Position numbers and translations under genes: made by a program | Assembly: GCF_028641065.1 (NCBI RefSeq) | Contig: NC_073382.1 | Coordinates: forward strand, 16,678,001 to 16,742,000 | Source of the DNA: Leucoraja erinacea | Taxonomy: Eukaryota | Length of the DNA stretch: 64,000 bases | Direction: 5' to 3' | The notes under the pieces: generated by a model | Databases searched by the model: none | The model's input: the letters and a program-made list of their open reading frames with translations, nothing else | What the model was told of the DNA's origin: nothing | In this document: in pieces, positions 63,761 to 64,000 of the stretch | Layout of the letters: every line of letters begins with the position of its first letter | Position numbering within the stretch: the first letter of the stretch is position 1

Positions 63761-64000
63761 AGGGCATGTCCCACGAGCATGCGACTCCATGCGACAAACG
63801 CGACCTAAAAGGCCGGACCCACCAGCATGCGCCTGCATGCGGCAAGCGCGACCTAACGTGGTCGCTTGAGCCTTACGGCCTTGCGGGGCCGGTCCCACTT
63901 CGATCGCCGGTGCCGTATGGAGTTGTGTGGAGCTGGTTCCGACATCACGCGGGGCTCCGAAAACTGACCGTGTTCAAAGATTTTGCACGGCAACGGCCTG
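63761..64000. mobile_element. Harbinger-like MITE, left part (runs off the window)
   Basis: TAA-AGGGCATGTCCCACGAGCATGCGA, homologous to 26495-26989 and 61265-61818; inserted in a CR1 tail. Confidence 0.8.

Overview
Repeat-dense vertebrate genomic DNA, almost certainly from a cartilaginous fish (skate or ray), judged from HE1-type V-SINEs, HER1/CR1 LINEs, Rex1, RTE, Tx1 and Penelope remnants. I see no intact host protein-coding gene, so this looks like intergenic or long intronic sequence; there are two assembly gaps. The main result is a complete defective provirus at 44306-48852 (minus strand): 5-bp TSD GCCTC, two TG...CA LTRs, a perfect 18-nt tRNA-Ser primer-binding site and a polypurine tract. 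Its gag/pol region has been replaced by an intronless, 3'-truncated copy of the host spliceosomal gene SNRNP40, joined in frame to what looks like the env transmembrane C-terminus. This is the architecture of retroviral transduction of a cellular mRNA. Other features are a young CR1 LINE with a 921-codon APE-RT frame and a TTTAAAC slippery site at the ORF1/ORF2 junction, a 99-bp target-site duplication, a family of PIF/Harbinger-like MITEs sharing AGGGCCTGTCCCAC ends, a solo LTR, a CORE-SINE, a 24-bp minisatellite and several multi-level nested insertions. Family names come from motif recognition, not database searches, and the boundaries of decayed repeats are approximate.
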